DNA of 64,000 bases. Origin: Patescibacteria group bacterium. GTDB lineage: Bacteria > Patescibacteriota > Patescibacteriia > UBA2591 > UBA6264. Both the position numbers and the translations under genes were made by a program. The notes beneath the pieces were generated by a model that saw only the letters and a program-made list of their open reading frames with translations, did no database searches and had not been told where the DNA came from. The stretch covers positions 22,048 through 86,047 of the forward strand of contig JADHVF010000003.1 in the NCBI GenBank assembly GCA_016784145.1. Direction: 5' to 3'. Position 1 is the first letter of the stretch. Every line of letters begins with the position of its first letter. Positions 51,524 to 61,157 of this stretch are shown here, in pieces.

Positions 51524-52231
51524 TTATTTATTTAATTCTGCTTCAATTGCATCTTTTAATACATTATTTGGAACAGCTCCTATCAATGATTCATCGTTGA
51601 TAAAAGTAGCCGGAGTTCCACTTATGCCTGAATCAATCCCTTCTTGATAATCAGAACTAACCTTGTCCTTGTATTTTTCATCTTCAACACATTTTTTAAA
51701 CTGAGTTGAATTTAATCCAAGATTGGCAGCAACTTCAAAATAATAGTCATCACTAAACTTTGACTGATTATTAAATATTTCATCAACAAACTCCCAAAAC
51801 TTGTCCTGCTCTCCAGCACATTCTGAGGCTTGAGCAGCTGGTCTAGCATTTGGATGAATAGAGTCTAATGGAAAATGTTTTATGCTTAAATAAACTTTTG
51901 ATGAATATTCATCAAAAACATCCATGAGCGTTGAATGAAATCTTTGACAATAAGGACACTGCAAATCCGTGAAAACAGTAACTTTAACCTTGGCAGAAGA
52001 GCTCCCTTTGCCATGATCTGCTTTTGTTATTTTAAACTTTGGCTTAGGTGTTGGTCTGACAGGTGGAGCAGTTGGTTGGTTAGGCTGCTCTAAAGGTTCT
52101 TGAATCTCAGTTGGCTGAGTTGTGGCCACGCTTCCTGTTTTCCCTGAATAAATAATTGATCCTCCCAAGATTGCGCTTGCCAGAATAATAGCGCCTCCCA
52201 TAAAAAGAACATATGCTTTATAATCTTTCAT
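51524..52231 (-). CDS. DsbA-family thiol-disulfide oxidoreductase
   Basis: DLQCPYC, HFPL, GTP. Confidence 0.9.
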   Translation of the reverse strand: MKDYKAYVLFMGGAIILASAILGGSIIYSGKTGSVATTQPTEIQEPLEQPNQPTAPPVRPTPKPKFKITKADHGKGSSSAKVKVTVFTDLQCPYCQRFHSTLMDVFDEYSSKVYLSIKHFPLDSIHPNARPAAQASECAGEQDKFWEFVDEIFNNQSKFSDDYYFEVAANLGLNSTQFKKCVEDEKYKDKVSSDYQEGIDSGISGTPATFINDESLIGAVPNNVLKDAIEAELNK

Positions 52232-52315
52232 AAATTTTTAAAAAATTAAATTAATTAATATTATATTTATAATAACAATTTTTCCTTGCTTATGCAAGTA
52301 TATTTCAGTACTTTA

Positions 52316-53089
52316 TTATATTTCACTAAAAATAGGCCTTAATTGCTTATAAAAAACTCCCAAAGGAATTTTTGATTGGGTTGCTGTAATCGTTTTTAGT
52401 GCTAATTCCTTGTTTTTAAAATTATAAGATTTACTTAAATTATAAACCCTATCTTTATACCATGAATAAGTATTTATATAATTAAAAGTAACACACGGTT
52501 GCAATATCTCAACAACTGCCAATCCCTTATGATTTATCGCCTGTTTTAATATTTTTGATAATCCGTCAACATCTCCCGTAAATGCCCTGGCTACAAAACT
52601 AGCCCCGGCCACAAGAGCAAGAGATAATGGATTGATTGGATCCTCAACAACTCCATCCGGGGTTGTCTTAGATTTATATGATTTCGGAGAAGTCGGGGAG
52701 GCCTGTCCAGTTGTTAATCCATAAACACGATTATTGTGAATCAAGCAAGTGACATCAATGTTTCTTTTACAAGCATGTATTAAATGATTTGTCCCTTCTC
52801 CAACCTGATCGCCATCTCCACCAACTGAAAGAACTGTTAATTTTTTATTAGCAATTTTTGCTCCTTGAGCAACTGGCAATGGTCGTCCATGTAATGTGCC
52901 AACACCAAAACAAGATAAATAATTTACCATATGAGCATGACAACCTACTCCATAAGTAATCAATATTTCGTATGGTTTTAGTTTTAGATCTATAAAAGTT
53001 TTTTTAAGACCAGCTAATATGCCAAAATTACCGCACCCAGTACACCAACTAATTTTATAATCCGTATCAAAGTTATTAATATATTTCAT
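52316..53089 (-). CDS. 2-oxoacid:ferredoxin oxidoreductase beta subunit
   Basis: WCTGCG, LHGR, GGDGD, YGLTTGQASPT. Confidence 0.93.
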   Translation of the reverse strand: MKYINNFDTDYKISWCTGCGNFGILAGLKKTFIDLKLKPYEILITYGVGCHAHMVNYLSCFGVGTLHGRPLPVAQGAKIANKKLTVLSVGGDGDQVGEGTNHLIHACKRNIDVTCLIHNNRVYGLTTGQASPTSPKSYKSKTTPDGVVEDPINPLSLALVAGASFVARAFTGDVDGLSKILKQAINHKGLAVVEILQPCVTFNYINTYSWYKDRVYNLSKSYNFKNKELALKTITATQSKIPLGVFYKQLRPIFSEI

Positions 53090-53094
53090 TATTG

Positions 53095-54819
53095 TTATTT
53101 TAAAATTTTATTTACCTTGTCAACTATGTCCTCAATAAAAAGTTGCCGACCATCATATTTTAGCAACTTATGTTCTATTCTTATGCCTGTTTTTTCTCTT
53201 ATTAATCCAGCGCATTGAGCTGATGCATTTTGCTCTATCATTAAAATATTTTTAGAAGATTTTAAAAATTTAACTACAAACTTAGCTGGAAATGGACTGA
53301 GATAATTTAAGTGAAGAAAATTACTTTTTATTCCTATTTTTTTTAATAATGCTTGTGCTTCCAATATAGGCCCCTTAGTAGATCCCCAGCCAACCAAGGT
53401 AATAGTTGCTTGCTTGGATCCATATATATTTGGATTTGGCATTTTTTTATAAAAAGATTCCATTTTTTTCATTCTTTTATCCATTTGCTTTATCCTGTTT
53501 TCTTTCCCCTCATCTGCAAAACCAAATTCATCATGCTCAACGCTATTAGCAATAAAAGTAAATCCTGGTCTACCCGGGATAGCCCTAGGAGATATACCCG
53601 AATCAGTTATCTTGTATCTTTTATATTCTTTTTGCTGTTCTTTTAATGACAATAATTTGCCTCTATTAATTTTTACTTTTAAATTTTTAAATAACGAAAT
53701 ACTTTGATGTGATTGAATAAGAAATTTATCAGCTAGTATAATTACTGGAACCTGATAAATATCAGCTAAATTAAATGCTTCTGCTGTGAGCAAAAACGCT
53801 TCTTTAATGCTCCCTGGAGCCAAGACAATTCTAGGAAAATCATCTTGAGCAGCATGCAAAACAAATCTTAAATCCCCTTGTCCCTGCCAGGTTGGTAACC
53901 CAGTAGCAGGGCCAGGCCTTTGACCATTAATAATTACCAATGGAGTCTCTGTAATACCAGCTAATCCAAGTGCTTCAACCATTAAAGAAAATCCTCCTCC
54001 AGATGTAGCCACCATTGCTCTTGCTCCTGAAATACTTGCTCCAATAGCCATGTTAATTCCTGCTATTTCGTCTTCTGGCTGAATATAAGTAATATTATTT
54101 TTTTTCTTATTTTTAACTATATGAGTGAGAATAGGATCTATGGGCGTCATTGGATAACAAGCAAAAAAATTTAACCCGGCTTTAGCAGCTCCCAGAGAAA
54201 TTGCCTCTCCTCCCGAAACAATGCTTTGCTTTAATGGTTGCTTGTTTTTCAAAAAATCTCCTGCCTTGGCTTGACTAAAGTTAAATCCTGCCTGAGCAGC
54301 TTTAATGTTTTGATTAATTATTTTCTTTGATTTTAAAAACAATGATTTTTTAATTAATAAAGATAAAATATTAAAATCCCCTCCAAGTAAAGAAATTGTG
54401 AATCCAATTGCTACACTATTCATCATTATCTCTCGACCACCTATTTTAGTTGCTAAAGAAATTAAAGGAACATAAAAAATCTTAACATTTTTAGATATTT
54501 GAACATTTTTTGCTAAAATCTTATCTGCATTAGCAATAATTATTGATTGAGATGATAAATATTTTTTATTTAATTCAATAGCATCTAAATTAAGCGCGAT
54601 TAAAACATCTATTGTTTTTTTATGTGCTTGAATTTTCTTAGAAGAAACCCTGGTTGTATAAATATTATGACCACCCCGAATCAATGATGGGTTTTCATTA
54701 AAATCAAAAATATAATATCCTGAATTTACACAAAAATTAGAAAAAAGGAGACCAGAGGACATTATCCCTTGCCCTGCTTCTCCTCCTATTCTCCATGTAA
54801 AATCTTTATTTTTAAGCAT
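53095..54819 (-). CDS. 2-oxoacid:ferredoxin oxidoreductase alpha subunit (start reassigned to 54819)
   Basis: GGEAGQG, YPMTP, EDEI, TSGGG, QRPGPATG. Confidence 0.93.
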   Translation of the reverse strand: MLKNKDFTWRIGGEAGQGIMSSGLLFSNFCVNSGYYIFDFNENPSLIRGGHNIYTTRVSSKKIQAHKKTIDVLIALNLDAIELNKKYLSSQSIIIANADKILAKNVQISKNVKIFYVPLISLATKIGGREIMMNSVAIGFTISLLGGDFNILSLLIKKSLFLKSKKIINQNIKAAQAGFNFSQAKAGDFLKNKQPLKQSIVSGGEAISLGAAKAGLNFFACYPMTPIDPILTHIVKNKKKNNITYIQPEDEIAGINMAIGASISGARAMVATSGGGFSLMVEALGLAGITETPLVIINGQRPGPATGLPTWQGQGDLRFVLHAAQDDFPRIVLAPGSIKEAFLLTAEAFNLADIYQVPVIILADKFLIQSHQSISLFKNLKVKINRGKLLSLKEQQKEYKRYKITDSGISPRAIPGRPGFTFIANSVEHDEFGFADEGKENRIKQMDKRMKKMESFYKKMPNPNIYGSKQATITLVGWGSTKGPILEAQALLKKIGIKSNFLHLNYLSPFPAKFVVKFLKSSKNILMIEQNASAQCAGLIREKTGIRIEHKLLKYDGRQLFIEDIVDKVNKILK

Positions 54820-54841
54820 AATATTTATATAATATATTGTT

Positions 54842-57073
54842 TTAAGAAGAACACAACCCAAAACCACAATTAGGGCAAGAAAAGCAACCTTCTTGAGACA
54901 AAAGTTGACTACCACAATCAGGACAAAACTTGCCTGATGAATTTTTAATCTGATTTATTTTTGGTTGAGACTTTTTTAATAATGTTAAAACTTCACTCTT
55001 TCTTGAACCACTCCTATAAACAGTACAAGATTTACATTTTGATTTCCATGCTAAAAGATAAATATCCAAAACATCGGCCAGCGTAGCCCTGTTTGGCAAA
55101 TTAACTGTCTTTGAAATGCTATTGTCAACATATTTTTGAAAACTAGCCTGCATTTTTACATGGTCAATTGGAGCAATGTCCATTGAACCAACAAAAACAT
55201 CTTTTATATTTTTAGGAATTCCCTTTATGTTTTGAATACTCCCTTTCTCAACTATCTCTTGAGCTAATTCTTCTGTGTAAATATCTTTTTGCATTAATTT
55301 TTTGGTTAGATGTTTATTAGTATAATGAAGTTTTTGTCCTTTCATTACTTCTTTTGTGTATGAAAGAGCAAAGTATGGCTCAAGCCCTGAAGAACAATCA
55401 CATAACATTGAAGTTGAACCAGTTGGAGCAATGGTTGTTAAAGCAGTATTTCTCATTTTTATCCCTGTGTTTTTGTAAACACTTAAATCATAATTAGAAA
55501 AAACTCCCTTTTCTTTCGCTAACTGCTCTGACATTAAATGAGCTTGTTTGTTTATAAACTTCATTACTTTTTCTGCAACACCTCTCCCTGCCTTAGAATT
55601 ATAAGGCAAATTTAATTGAAAAAGCATATCAGAAAATCCCATAATACCTAATCCTATTCTTCTATTTTTCTTAAAAATATTATTAATTTTTTTTACTGAA
55701 AAAGTCGTTAAATCAATTACATTATCCAACATTCTTACAGCGGCCATAACAACCTCTTTTAATCTATCCCATTCAATCTCCTCATTTTTTACAAATTTAT
55801 CTAAATTAATAGACCCAAGATTACAAACATCTCTATCGTGAATAAATTGCTCACCACACGGATTACATGCTTCTATTCTGCCAATGCCTGGCAATTTATT
55901 CGTTCTATTAACTTCGTCTATAAAAATTACGCCTGGTTCTCCATTTGTCCAAGCTGATTCTACTATTTCTTCCATAATATCTTTGGCTGTAATTTCAATT
56001 TGTTTTATTTCTAAAACAACGCCGTGTTTATCTCTAATAATTTTCCTTGGCTTCATTCTTTTGCCGTTAAATTTACAAATCCATGGCTTAGTTGATTTAC
56101 TTTCAACCTGCTTCATAAATTTATCAGTAAGAGAAATTGAAATATTAAAATTTTTTATATCACCTTCTATGCTTTTACATTTTATAAAATCGAGAATATC
56201 AGGATGGTCAACTCTCATTACAGCCATATTAGCACCATGCCTCCCTTGTTGCTTAATGACTCCAAAAGCTTCATTGTAAACTCTCAAAAAAGAAACAGGA
56301 CCAGAGGCAACTCCTTTAGTCCTTTTAGCAATATTACCGGCTGGCCTTAACATATGAAACGGAAACCCTATGCCAGACCCACTTTGTTGTAATAAGGAAG
56401 CATCTCTTAAAGAAGAAAAAATTCCTTTCATGCTATCTTCTATATGGAGAACTATGCAATTAGAAACTATTGGCAAAGAAGTTCCTGCATTAGCTATTGT
56501 TCTGCCAGCAGGCAAAAATTCAAACCTTGAAATAATATTATAAAAATCTTTTTCAAATTTTTTTATCTCTGTTTTAGTTTTCTTATACTTTTTTTCTACT
56601 CCTGCCAATGCTTTGGCGATTCTTTTAAACATTTCTTCCGGTGATTCAACTATTTTTTCATAGTAGATGTCTTTTAAAAGATATCTATCTGCTAATACTC
56701 TTAAAGAATTTAATGATATCGGTAACTTAGTGGTTTTACCTGATAAAATTTCTTTTTTAATTTTTCTTATTTTATTATGTTCTTGTCTGTAAATAATATA
56801 TGACTTAGCTGCTTTTATAAATCCTTGTTTCATTAAAACAATTTCAACAATATCCTGAACCTCCTCAACAGTTGGACATGCCTGTCTGTCCTTGTAAACT
56901 TTATTTAGCATGTCAACAACTTTATTAGAAAGCATGATTGATTCTTTTGAATTGTATTCCTCAACTGATTGCCCTGCCTTTAAAATAGCATCTGTAATTT
57001 TTGATTGATTAAAATTAGCTATAGTTTTATCTCTTTTTTGAATTTTTTTAATTTGATTAATTATTTTTTCCAT
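54842..57073 (-). CDS. nrdJ: Class II (B12-dependent) ribonucleotide reductase with ATP-cone and C-terminal Zn ribbon
   Basis: ATP-cone, SNC, NPCGEQ, CNLGSINL, IAPTG, SISKT, CPDC...CPNC. Confidence 0.9.
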   Translation of the reverse strand: MEKIINQIKKIQKRDKTIANFNQSKITDAILKAGQSVEEYNSKESIMLSNKVVDMLNKVYKDRQACPTVEEVQDIVEIVLMKQGFIKAAKSYIIYRQEHNKIRKIKKEILSGKTTKLPISLNSLRVLADRYLLKDIYYEKIVESPEEMFKRIAKALAGVEKKYKKTKTEIKKFEKDFYNIISRFEFLPAGRTIANAGTSLPIVSNCIVLHIEDSMKGIFSSLRDASLLQQSGSGIGFPFHMLRPAGNIAKRTKGVASGPVSFLRVYNEAFGVIKQQGRHGANMAVMRVDHPDILDFIKCKSIEGDIKNFNISISLTDKFMKQVESKSTKPWICKFNGKRMKPRKIIRDKHGVVLEIKQIEITAKDIMEEIVESAWTNGEPGVIFIDEVNRTNKLPGIGRIEACNPCGEQFIHDRDVCNLGSINLDKFVKNEEIEWDRLKEVVMAAVRMLDNVIDLTTFSVKKINNIFKKNRRIGLGIMGFSDMLFQLNLPYNSKAGRGVAEKVMKFINKQAHLMSEQLAKEKGVFSNYDLSVYKNTGIKMRNTALTTIAPTGSTSMLCDCSSGLEPYFALSYTKEVMKGQKLHYTNKHLTKKLMQKDIYTEELAQEIVEKGSIQNIKGIPKNIKDVFVGSMDIAPIDHVKMQASFQKYVDNSISKTVNLPNRATLADVLDIYLLAWKSKCKSCTVYRSGSRKSEVLTLLKKSQPKINQIKNSSGKFCPDCGSQLLSQEGCFSCPNCGFGLCSS

Positions 57074-57168
57074 ATTATATTTTTTATATTATAAAATAAT
57101 TATACAACAACCAACACCAATTGTCAAAACCTTGATTTTTATTTTAATTATGTTAAAATTTTAATATT

Positions 57169-57240
57169 GCGGGTGTGGTATAGTGGCTATTATAACTCCC
57201 TTCCAAGGAGTAGACGGCAGTTCGATTCTGCTCACCCGCT
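57169..57240 (+). tRNA. tRNA-Gly(TCC)
   Basis: GCGGGTG/CACCCGC; ACTCC-CTTCCAA-GGAGT. Confidence 0.95.
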
Positions 57241-57260
57241 CTTTTTTTAATTAAAAAAAT

Positions 57261-58703
57261 ATGAATACAATTGATTCTCTTTTTCGAAAAATATTAAAAT
57301 ACAACCAGCAAGCTGATATTAAAAAAATCAGACAAGCTTATGATTTTGCTAAAAAAATCCATAAAAATGAAAAGAGAATCTCTGGCGAACCAGTCATAAA
57401 ACACTTGTTAAAAATTGGTCACCTCTTAGTTGACCTTAAAATTGATGATATTTCTATTATGGCCGGCTTAATGCATCGAACTCTTAAATCTGACAAAGAT
57501 ATGCTGAACAAAATTGATGAAAAATTTGGAACAGAAGTGGCTCTAATAGTAAATGGATTAAACAACTTGAGTTCTAGCACTAAAAAATTTTCGATTCAAA
57601 AAGAAAATATTAAAAACTTTCGAAAACTTTTAATTGCATCAACCGACGATATTAGAATCTTAATTATTCGCTTAACTAATAAAATTTTAGATGGTCAAAC
57701 CGCCTCTTGGTTGCCAAAAGAAAAACAAGCAAGATTTGCTAAAAGAATTTTTTATTTATACGGGCCTTTATCTGAGTTTATTGGATTACATATATATAAA
57801 AAAGAACTTGAAGACATTGCCTTTAATATTTTGTTTCCAGATGATTATAAATGGATCACGAAAAAACTCGCTACCAGTAAAAAACAAGGCGAAAGAGATA
57901 TTAAAAATATAATTAAAAGCATTGAACAAGTACTATCTGAGAAAAAAATTAAATATATTGATATTTTTGGCAGAAGCAAGGGACGTTGGAGTACTTGGAA
58001 TAAAATAAAAAAATATATTAAATCAGGGAAAATAATATATAAAGACGCTACTGTTATACTAGATCGCATTGGTATAACTATTTTGTTAAAAGATGTTCCA
58101 TCATGCTATCTTGTTTTAGGAATAATTCACTCTCTCTGGCCTTATTCAAAAGAAAAGTTTAATGATTATATTTCACAGCCAAAACCAAACAAATACATGG
58201 CTATTCATACTAATGTTCAATTTGAAAAAAAGATTATTGAAATTCAGATTAAAACAACTAAGATGCATGAACACAATGAATTTGGACCTGCTTCACATAT
58301 TGCTTACAAAATAAAAGGGAATAAAAGTGTTGTTGATTATTCTTATAAATGGGCAAAAGATTTAATTTTATGGAAAGATAAATCTAAGACCCAACATTTT
58401 AAATTAAAAGTTTTTCAAGACTGTGTTTACGCTTTAACCCCTAAAGGAGATATTATTCAATTAAAAAAAGGCTCTTGCTCTCTTGATTTTGCTTATAAAA
58501 TTCATAATGGATTAGGAAATGCTTGCAGAGGTGTAAAAATAAATAAAAAAATGTGTAAAATAAGTCAATTAATCAAGAATGGAGATGTTGTTGAAATAAT
58601 AAAAAGTCGCGAGAAAAACCCTAGACCTTCTCTCGACTGGATAAAAATTGCACAAACAAAAGAAACAAAAGCTAAAATAAAAAAAGCTTTAAATCATTCC
58701 TAA
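57261..58703 (+). CDS. RelA/SpoT homologue (degenerate HD, synthetase and TGS domains)
   Basis: DYISQPKPNKYMAIHT, EIQIKT, ASH, TPKG, DFAYKIH. Confidence 0.88.
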   Translation: MNTIDSLFRKILKYNQQADIKKIRQAYDFAKKIHKNEKRISGEPVIKHLLKIGHLLVDLKIDDISIMAGLMHRTLKSDKDMLNKIDEKFGTEVALIVNGLNNLSSSTKKFSIQKENIKNFRKLLIASTDDIRILIIRLTNKILDGQTASWLPKEKQARFAKRIFYLYGPLSEFIGLHIYKKELEDIAFNILFPDDYKWITKKLATSKKQGERDIKNIIKSIEQVLSEKKIKYIDIFGRSKGRWSTWNKIKKYIKSGKIIYKDATVILDRIGITILLKDVPSCYLVLGIIHSLWPYSKEKFNDYISQPKPNKYMAIHTNVQFEKKIIEIQIKTTKMHEHNEFGPASHIAYKIKGNKSVVDYSYKWAKDLILWKDKSKTQHFKLKVFQDCVYALTPKGDIIQLKKGSCSLDFAYKIHNGLGNACRGVKINKKMCKISQLIKNGDVVEIIKSREKNPRPSLDWIKIAQTKETKAKIKKALNHS

Positions 58704-59876
58704 TATCATCAATATACCAATAATTAATATAATCAACCCTGATATTAAGTGCAAATATTGTATGTTTTTATCTTTCCAATTAGATAAATCATTAACTTTA
58801 AACAAGCTTGAATAAACTATTAAAACAATAATTAACATTGGCAAGACAAAGACAAAGTTATAAACTAAAAGCCATGGAATTGTTTTTACAATATCTAATT
58901 TAGACAAAATGCCTGCTCCAATTATATAGGGCCCAATAGTGCATGGCAGCAAAAACAAAGTAACAAATGACCCGATTGCAAATGCCCCTAAAGGAGAAGT
59001 TACTTTAGAAATTATATTTTTAACTTTTGGTCTTAAAAATAAAGGCATTTCTGTTGCAATCCTGCCTGGCTTGTATTTTATAAAATCTCTAATATTTAAA
59101 ATTCCCAAAACAATCGCCATTAACCCTAATATTTTATATATCCAGTTTCCAAGCGAAGACATAATATAAGTAATTTGAAAAAATTTAATAATTATTAATC
59201 CATAGAGAAAATACATTACAAAAACAGCTCCAATAAAAGAAAGTCCTGACAATAAAACCCTTAACTTTTTGTTTGGATTATAACTAATAAGGGTAATTAA
59301 CATTAAAAATAAAACAGCTAAAGCGCAAGGATTTATGGCGTCAACTATTGCTAAAGATAAAATCTTAAATAATGTTAATTCATTATTTATTCTTTCGCTA
59401 CTTTTGTCATCTTTAATTATAATTTCTTTGTTTGTTAATATTTCTGAATTACCTGGAAAATTATAAGCAATTTTTTCTGAAAAACTAACAGTTTCTCCGT
59501 TACTCAACAAGCATGGATTTCCTTTGTTTCGAATAATAAGGGAGTCAATATTTTTTATAATCTCTTTATCTCCAATCAAATAACTTTTTTTATCTAAAAT
59601 TATCAAAGGAATAGATAGCCCTGAATTATATTGTTTGTCATATTCAACAATCAAATCAATATTTTCCTTATTCTCATAAATCTCGTATTTAATAATATCT
59701 AACTCAGGATATTTCTTGAGCAATGATGAAGTTATTGCATCCACTTTTGCACAATGAGGACATCCTTTTCCAGTAAAATAAACAAGGCAGGTAGAATCTT
59801 CTGCTTGAACTGGGTTAAAAGGGATAACAACCAAAACAAGAAATAAGGAAAAAATAATAAAAAAATTTTTAAACAT
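58689..59876 (-). CDS. Thioredoxin-like (CPHC) plus DsbD/CcdA-like membrane fusion (start reassigned)
   Basis: GCPHC; DAINPCA and LPCTIGPY membrane Cys pair. Confidence 0.82.
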   Translation of the reverse strand: MFKNFFIIFSLFLVLVVIPFNPVQAEDSTCLVYFTGKGCPHCAKVDAITSSLLKKYPELDIIKYEIYENKENIDLIVEYDKQYNSGLSIPLIILDKKSYLIGDKEIIKNIDSLIIRNKGNPCLLSNGETVSFSEKIAYNFPGNSEILTNKEIIIKDDKSSERINNELTLFKILSLAIVDAINPCALAVLFLMLITLISYNPNKKLRVLLSGLSFIGAVFVMYFLYGLIIIKFFQITYIMSSLGNWIYKILGLMAIVLGILNIRDFIKYKPGRIATEMPLFLRPKVKNIISKVTSPLGAFAIGSFVTLFLLPCTIGPYIIGAGILSKLDIVKTIPWLLVYNFVFVLPMLIIVLIVYSSLFKVNDLSNWKDKNIQYLHLISGLIILIIGILMILGMI

Positions 59877-60112
59877 ATGCCTTATTTTAACAAAAAAAAT
59901 TAAAAAATTAAAGTATTTACAAATTAATAAATATAAATTATAATAAAAAAAATAACTCATCAAAGATAAATCTCTGAAAAAAAAGTAAAAAATGTTTCTT
60001 TTGTCATATCAACTAAAGCAAATGAAGCGAGGAAAACGAAGAGGCAAGCCAAAAATAAACATTTACTAATACATTGGGGTCAATCCCCTCCAAGTTAGGA
60101 CTGACTTCCTGC

Positions 60113-60184
60113 GCCGAGGTAGCTCAGTGGTAGAGCAGTAGACTGAAAATCTACGTGTCGGCAGTCCGATTCTGCCCCTCGGCA
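60113..60184 (+). tRNA. tRNA-Phe(GAA), T-loop TCCGATT
   Basis: GCCGAGG/CCTCGGC; GTAGA-CTGAAAA-TCTAC. Confidence 0.92.
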
Positions 60185-60196
60185 TTTTATATTATT

Positions 60197-60227
60197 AAAA
60201 AACCTGCACAATTTTGTGCAGGTTTTT
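60197..60227. terminator. Bidirectional intrinsic terminator
   Basis: AAAAACCTGCACAA-TT-TTGTGCAGGTTTTT. Confidence 0.85.
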
Positions 60228-60238
60228 GAGTGGTCCTT

Positions 60239-60634
60239 TTAATCACTTTTTATAAATTTTTCAGCAGACATTAGCAAAGAATCGATTTGATTACTGTTGG
60301 TCGGGGAATAACCAAGCATTTCCATTTTTAATAAAACAAACTTTATGCTCACAACGCACGATTCAATATCAGTTCTTGTTAAAAAAGAATCATGTTTTGG
60401 CAAAAAATAATCATTTATTTCTTTGCTCTCAATTTCTTCTTCCCAGCCCAATGTTTTTTGGTGACTAGCAACAAGAATAGCCAGGTCATTTAATGAAGTA
60501 TTCAAATCTGTTACCAGAGTATCTATGGTTAATGTATCTATCATTATTTCTTCTACTGAAACTGTCTGCGAATAAATGCCCGTGAAACAGCCAACAACTA
60601 TTATGCTTACTAAAAACATTCTTAGTGCTCTCAT
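60239..60634 (-). CDS. Hypothetical secreted protein
   Basis: Signal peptide-like N-terminus, AAGGAG SD, own promoter. Confidence 0.65.
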   Translation of the reverse strand: MRALRMFLVSIIVVGCFTGIYSQTVSVEEIMIDTLTIDTLVTDLNTSLNDLAILVASHQKTLGWEEEIESKEINDYFLPKHDSFLTRTDIESCVVSIKFVLLKMEMLGYSPTNSNQIDSLLMSAEKFIKSD

Positions 60635-60782
60635 TTTTTTTGTTCTCCTTTGATTATTAATGTACTTAACTACATTATGTATGCAGCCATTGTATTATTA
60701 ACCAATATAGCATATTTTAAGGTTTTGTCAATCGCAAACTGCCTAAATAAAAAATGTGCAATATCAAAGATCGCACACTCAC

Positions 60783-61032
60783 AAGTAGTTACTTAGAGGC
60801 CTTGCCCCTAAGTAGATACACTTAGAGATATTACTTAGAGGCCTTGCCCCTAAGTAGATATTGAGCACGAATCAATAATCAATAATCAGTAATCATTCAC
60901 TTAGAGATATTACTTAGAGGCCTTGCCCCTAAGTAGAGTCACTTAGAGATATTACTTAGAGGCCTTGCCCCTAAGTAGAGTCACTTAGAGATATTACTTA
61001 GAGGCCTTGCCCCTAAGTAGATATTGAGCACA
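60783..61032 (+). repeat. Mosaic hairpin repeat array D (42-bp periodicity)
   Basis: 25-bp hairpin at 60791, 60833, 60912, 60954 and 60996. Confidence 0.95.
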
Positions 61033-61063
61033 AAAAAGTGTGCAATATCAAAGGTTGCACACT
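61032..61063 (-). terminator. tRNA-Val terminator (second copy at 60749-60779)
   Basis: AGTGTGCAA...TTGCACACT with an A-run on the plus strand. Confidence 0.75.
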
Positions 61064-61074
61064 AGAAGAAAAAA

Positions 61075-61146
61075 TGGACGGCATAGGACTCGAACCTACA
61101 ACCTCCGCGATGTAAACGCGATGCTCTACCATTGAGCTAGCCGTCC
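61075..61146 (-). tRNA. tRNA-Val(TAC)
   Basis: Minus strand GGACGGC/GCCGTCC; loop TTTACAT. Confidence 0.93.
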
Positions 61147-61157
61147 CTAAACATAAT

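Noticed and set aside
54820-54915. Apparent 74-bp overlap of OFOR alpha with nrdJ
   Set aside because: Artefact of the longest-ORF call; homology begins at MLKNK (54819).
60009-60062. Phe-rich minus-strand mini-ORF (MFIFGLPLRFPRFICFS) near tRNA-Phe
   Set aside because: Points away from the tRNA, has no promoter or terminator support, and Phe richness is expected in T-rich sequence.
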